Both the position numbers and the translations under genes were made by a program. Below are positions 47,012-49,215 of a stretch of 49,215 nt of DNA, in pieces (the first letter of the stretch is position 1; the number at the start of each line of letters is the position of its first letter). Below the pieces are notes generated by a model that searched no databases, was not told the DNA's origin, and saw only the letters and a list, made by a program, of their open reading frames with translations. The stretch lies in the IMG/VR virus record IMGVR_UViG_3300033067_001588, positions 1-49,215 of that record, one strand, 5' to 3'. The stretch is from a virus (lineage: Duplodnaviria > Caudoviricetes).

Positions 47012-47215
47012 TTGATGTACGTGCCAACCACAGTGCTAACCATTGACGAATATATATTTTTAAACTGGGTGCGTTCACTAACTGAGGAACAACGGACTGT
47101 CCTTCTGAAGCATCTGCAATCCGGCGAGGCTAAGCCGAACACGCTAAGCCCCACCCTTCTTGAGAGTTATCCGCATAACCTTCTCGACATCGCCACTGCG
47201 ATATGCCGCGATTAG
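47012..47215 (+). CDS. possible small protein convergent with the repressor
   Basis: AAAGGA RBS; overlaps the repressor 3' end. Confidence 0.3.
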   Translation: MMYVPTTVLTIDEYIFLNWVRSLTEEQRTVLLKHLQSGEAKPNTLSPTLLESYPHNLLDIATAICRD

Positions 47216-47491
47216 TTCTTCTTCCAATGGCGATAGGTCATTAGATTCGACGCGCGTATCATATAAGCCAACACCCTCAACTAATGAACTGAGAGTGACT
47301 TCTAAAGATGATGCTAAAGCTGCCATGAATGATGATTCGTGGATCGGTGGGATACTACGGCCTTTTTCCCACCAGCCGATAGTAGATTTTGCAAATTTAT
47401 GGCCGCGCTCAGCAAGACGATTGGCTAAATCCTCTTGCGTAATGTCTAAAGCATTGCGCTGATTACGTATATAGTCCCCAATTCCCGACAA
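47144..47491 (-). CDS. XRE-family HTH repressor (CI-like)
   Basis: IGDYIRNQRNALDITQEDLA...STIGWWEKG; GGAG RBS with TTG start. Confidence 0.88.
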   Translation of the reverse strand: MSGIGDYIRNQRNALDITQEDLANRLAERGHKFAKSTIGWWEKGRSIPPIHESSFMAALASSLEVTLSSLVEGVGLYDTRVESNDLSPLEEELIAAYRSGDVEKVMRITLKKGGA

Positions 47492-47511
47492 ATTGGTTCT
47501 CCATTAATTAA

Positions 47512-47610
47512 CTTGGTTATCTAAACCATATCCTATCACAATAGTTGATAAAAAGTCCATCAATTAACTTGACAAAACTTGATAACCTAGCTAAACTCTA
47601 GATTATCTAG
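47512..47610. promoter_or_regulatory. lysis/lysogeny switch: rightward promoter and three 13-bp operators
   Basis: TTGACA(47569)-N17-TAAACT; operators CTTGGTTATCTAA (47512), CTTGATAACCTAG (47578), CTAGATTATCTAG (47598). Confidence 0.7.
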
Positions 47611-47626
47611 TCAGAAAGGAAAACAG

Positions 47627-47842
47627 ATGCACAGTTCATTGATGAAGCGCAAGGTTCTTGAAGCCCATCTGCCGCCAGCAGTCTGCACGCCTGAGATGCT
47701 GGATGGAATTCGTAAGGTGGCAGAACGTGAGCAGACGAGCGTGTCGGCAGTCATGCGGCACGCCATCGCTCTTTTTTTGGAACGTGAAAATAGTAAATCT
47801 AGCCAAAAAATTGATAAGCAAGTAAAAGCAGGGGCAGTTTAA
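47627..47842 (+). CDS. ribbon-helix-helix (Arc/CopG-like) regulator in the Cro position
   Basis: PEMLDGIRKVAEREQTSVSAVMRHAIALFL; AAAGGA RBS. Confidence 0.7.
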   Translation: MHSSLMKRKVLEAHLPPAVCTPEMLDGIRKVAEREQTSVSAVMRHAIALFLERENSKSSQKIDKQVKAGAV

Positions 47843-47844
47843 TC

Positions 47845-48372
47845 ATGTGGGAAATCGTGTATTCATCGCCGTTGGGCGCGATAAACGAAGCCATTAACTT
47901 GGGTGACGACAAGTTGATAGCCGAGCGCGTGTTCAACTGGGTGTGGAACGGGTTGCTGAGAGACGACTACACCAGCGCACACAGCAGCGCGAATCCAAAC
48001 CTGATCCGCTACACCAAGCGCGGAATCGGCAAGACGTTTTTTGTGGAACTGCGTGAGGCACAGCCGGAAAAGAAGCCGATGCATTGGGTGGGAGCCGTGG
48101 TGATGCAAGAACAGCATGCGGCGAAAGTGGCAGCCGCCAAGCATACGGTGAAGGTGACGCTGAACGATGGCAGCCAGCGCATTTACCCGTTGGCAGATGA
48201 ACGGTCAGCCGCGCTAACGCAGTTTGCCGAGATGGTCACAAATGAAGAACGGCGCGGCGGCAAAGTCTGGCGCGGGATGGACAGCAGCATGAAGTACAGC
48301 GTAGTAAGCGCACGCGGGATCACCACTTACGAGATGGTTGAGGTGCAACATGCTCAACAAGCCCACGCTTAA
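47845..48372 (+). CDS. hypothetical protein
   Basis: Long ORF in the early operon. Confidence 0.65.
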   Translation: MWEIVYSSPLGAINEAINLGDDKLIAERVFNWVWNGLLRDDYTSAHSSANPNLIRYTKRGIGKTFFVELREAQPEKKPMHWVGAVVMQEQHAAKVAAAKHTVKVTLNDGSQRIYPLADERSAALTQFAEMVTNEERRGGKVWRGMDSSMKYSVVSARGITTYEMVEVQHAQQAHA

Positions 48373-48426
48373 CGCGCCGATTGACCTGAATTGGCTGGTA
48401 CGTACACCGAAGAAAGGCGGCAAGTG

Positions 48427-49215
48427 ATGCAACAAGCGTTACCTCAACACAGCCTCGAACGGCGTGGCAACCAATTGTACAGCGACCGCGTGTTGAAGTC
48501 GCCGGAAGTGGCAGCCAACCAAGCACAAGCTGAAGCGGTGGTCTGCGAACGGTGTGGCAAGCAAGTGCACCCAAGCAATTGGATGAAGCACCAGAAGAGC
48601 GACCACAGCGACGACCCGAAACCACTGCATGAGTCAAAGGACGAACTGCTACCACTGGCAGCCATCCGCATTGACGGCGGCACCCAACCACGGGCATTCA
48701 TCAACGATGTCATCGTGGCCGAGTACGCGGAAGAAATGAACACCGGCTCTAAGTTTCCAGCCATCACCGTGTTCTTTGATGGGCAGGAATATTGGCTGGC
48801 TGATGGCTTCCACCGTGTGAGTGCAGCAAAGTCATTGGCATGGCTGGAGTTGCCCGCCGATGTGCGCCAAGGCACCCAACGCGATGCGGTGCTGTTCAGT
48901 GTGGGCGTGAATGCCAGCCACGGCCTGCGCCGGACGAATTCCGATAAGCGCCGCGCGGTCGAACGGCTGCTGCGTGATGAAGAGTGGGCGAAGTGGTCGA
49001 ACAATGAAATATCACGTCGATGTGCAGTTAGCCATGAGTTCGTAAATCGGCTTCGCAAAGAGATGTCACTTGCAACCGTTGCAAGTGACCAACGCACCTA
49101 CACGACCAAACACGGCACAGAAGCCACCATGCAAACGGGCAACATCGGCAAATCAACACTGCCGCCCGTACCGGAAAAGCCATTCAATCCACCAGTGACC
49201 CGTCCGCCATTCGCA
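48427..49215 (+). CDS. ParB/Srx-like N-terminal-domain protein (truncated by the window end)
   Basis: Manual translation: C2H2-like CERC..H..H, IRIDGGTQPR...YWLADGFHR, then HTH SNNEISRRCAVSH. Confidence 0.8.
   Translation, partial: MQQALPQHSLERRGNQLYSDRVLKSPEVAANQAQAEAVVCERCGKQVHPSNWMKHQKSDHSDDPKPLHESKDELLPLAAIRIDGGTQPRAFINDVIVAEYAEEMNTGSKFPAITVFFDGQEYWLADGFHRVSAAKSLAWLELPADVRQGTQRDAVLFSVGVNASHGLRRTNSDKRRAVERLLRDEEWAKWSNNEISRRCAVSHEFVNRLRKEMSLATVASDQRTYTTKHGTEATMQTGNIGKSTLPPVPEKPFNPPVTRPPFA

Noticed and set aside
48444-49097. 217-aa minus-strand ORF
   Set aside because: Antisense to the ParB-like gene, which the ORF track missed because it runs off the window.

Overview
The window is a near-complete genome of a temperate siphovirus-like phage and contains no recognisable host genes. 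Gene order is: early/replication genes (1-9.6 kb), a fibre-like structural module unusually placed before the terminase (9.9-15 kb), packaging and head genes (15-22 kb), a glycosyltransferase/methyltransferase cluster containing a Flp-pilin-like gene (22-32 kb), tail genes (33-42 kb), lysis (42-44.5 kb), then a large serine integrase, a repressor/RHH switch and the start of the early operon. Lysis and integrase are adjacent, so this looks like the non-integrated, circularly permuted form. A Chloroflexota-like host is inferred only from protein style (DnaA_N-fused initiator, Flp pilin, AQD signal peptides). The most notable candidates are: (1) a promoter-driven structured RNA at about 33.06-33.2 kb whose loop is complementary to GTCAGG boxes placed before late-operon terminators and ribosome-binding sites; (2) a probable virion glycosylation/methylation system whose enzymes share a small C-terminal domain; (3) a phage-borne Flp pilin; (4) a HiPIP-like 4-Cys domain on the prohead protease; (5) a clan GH-A-like enzyme in the endolysin position. 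All calls are made by eye from motifs and synteny; no searches were run.
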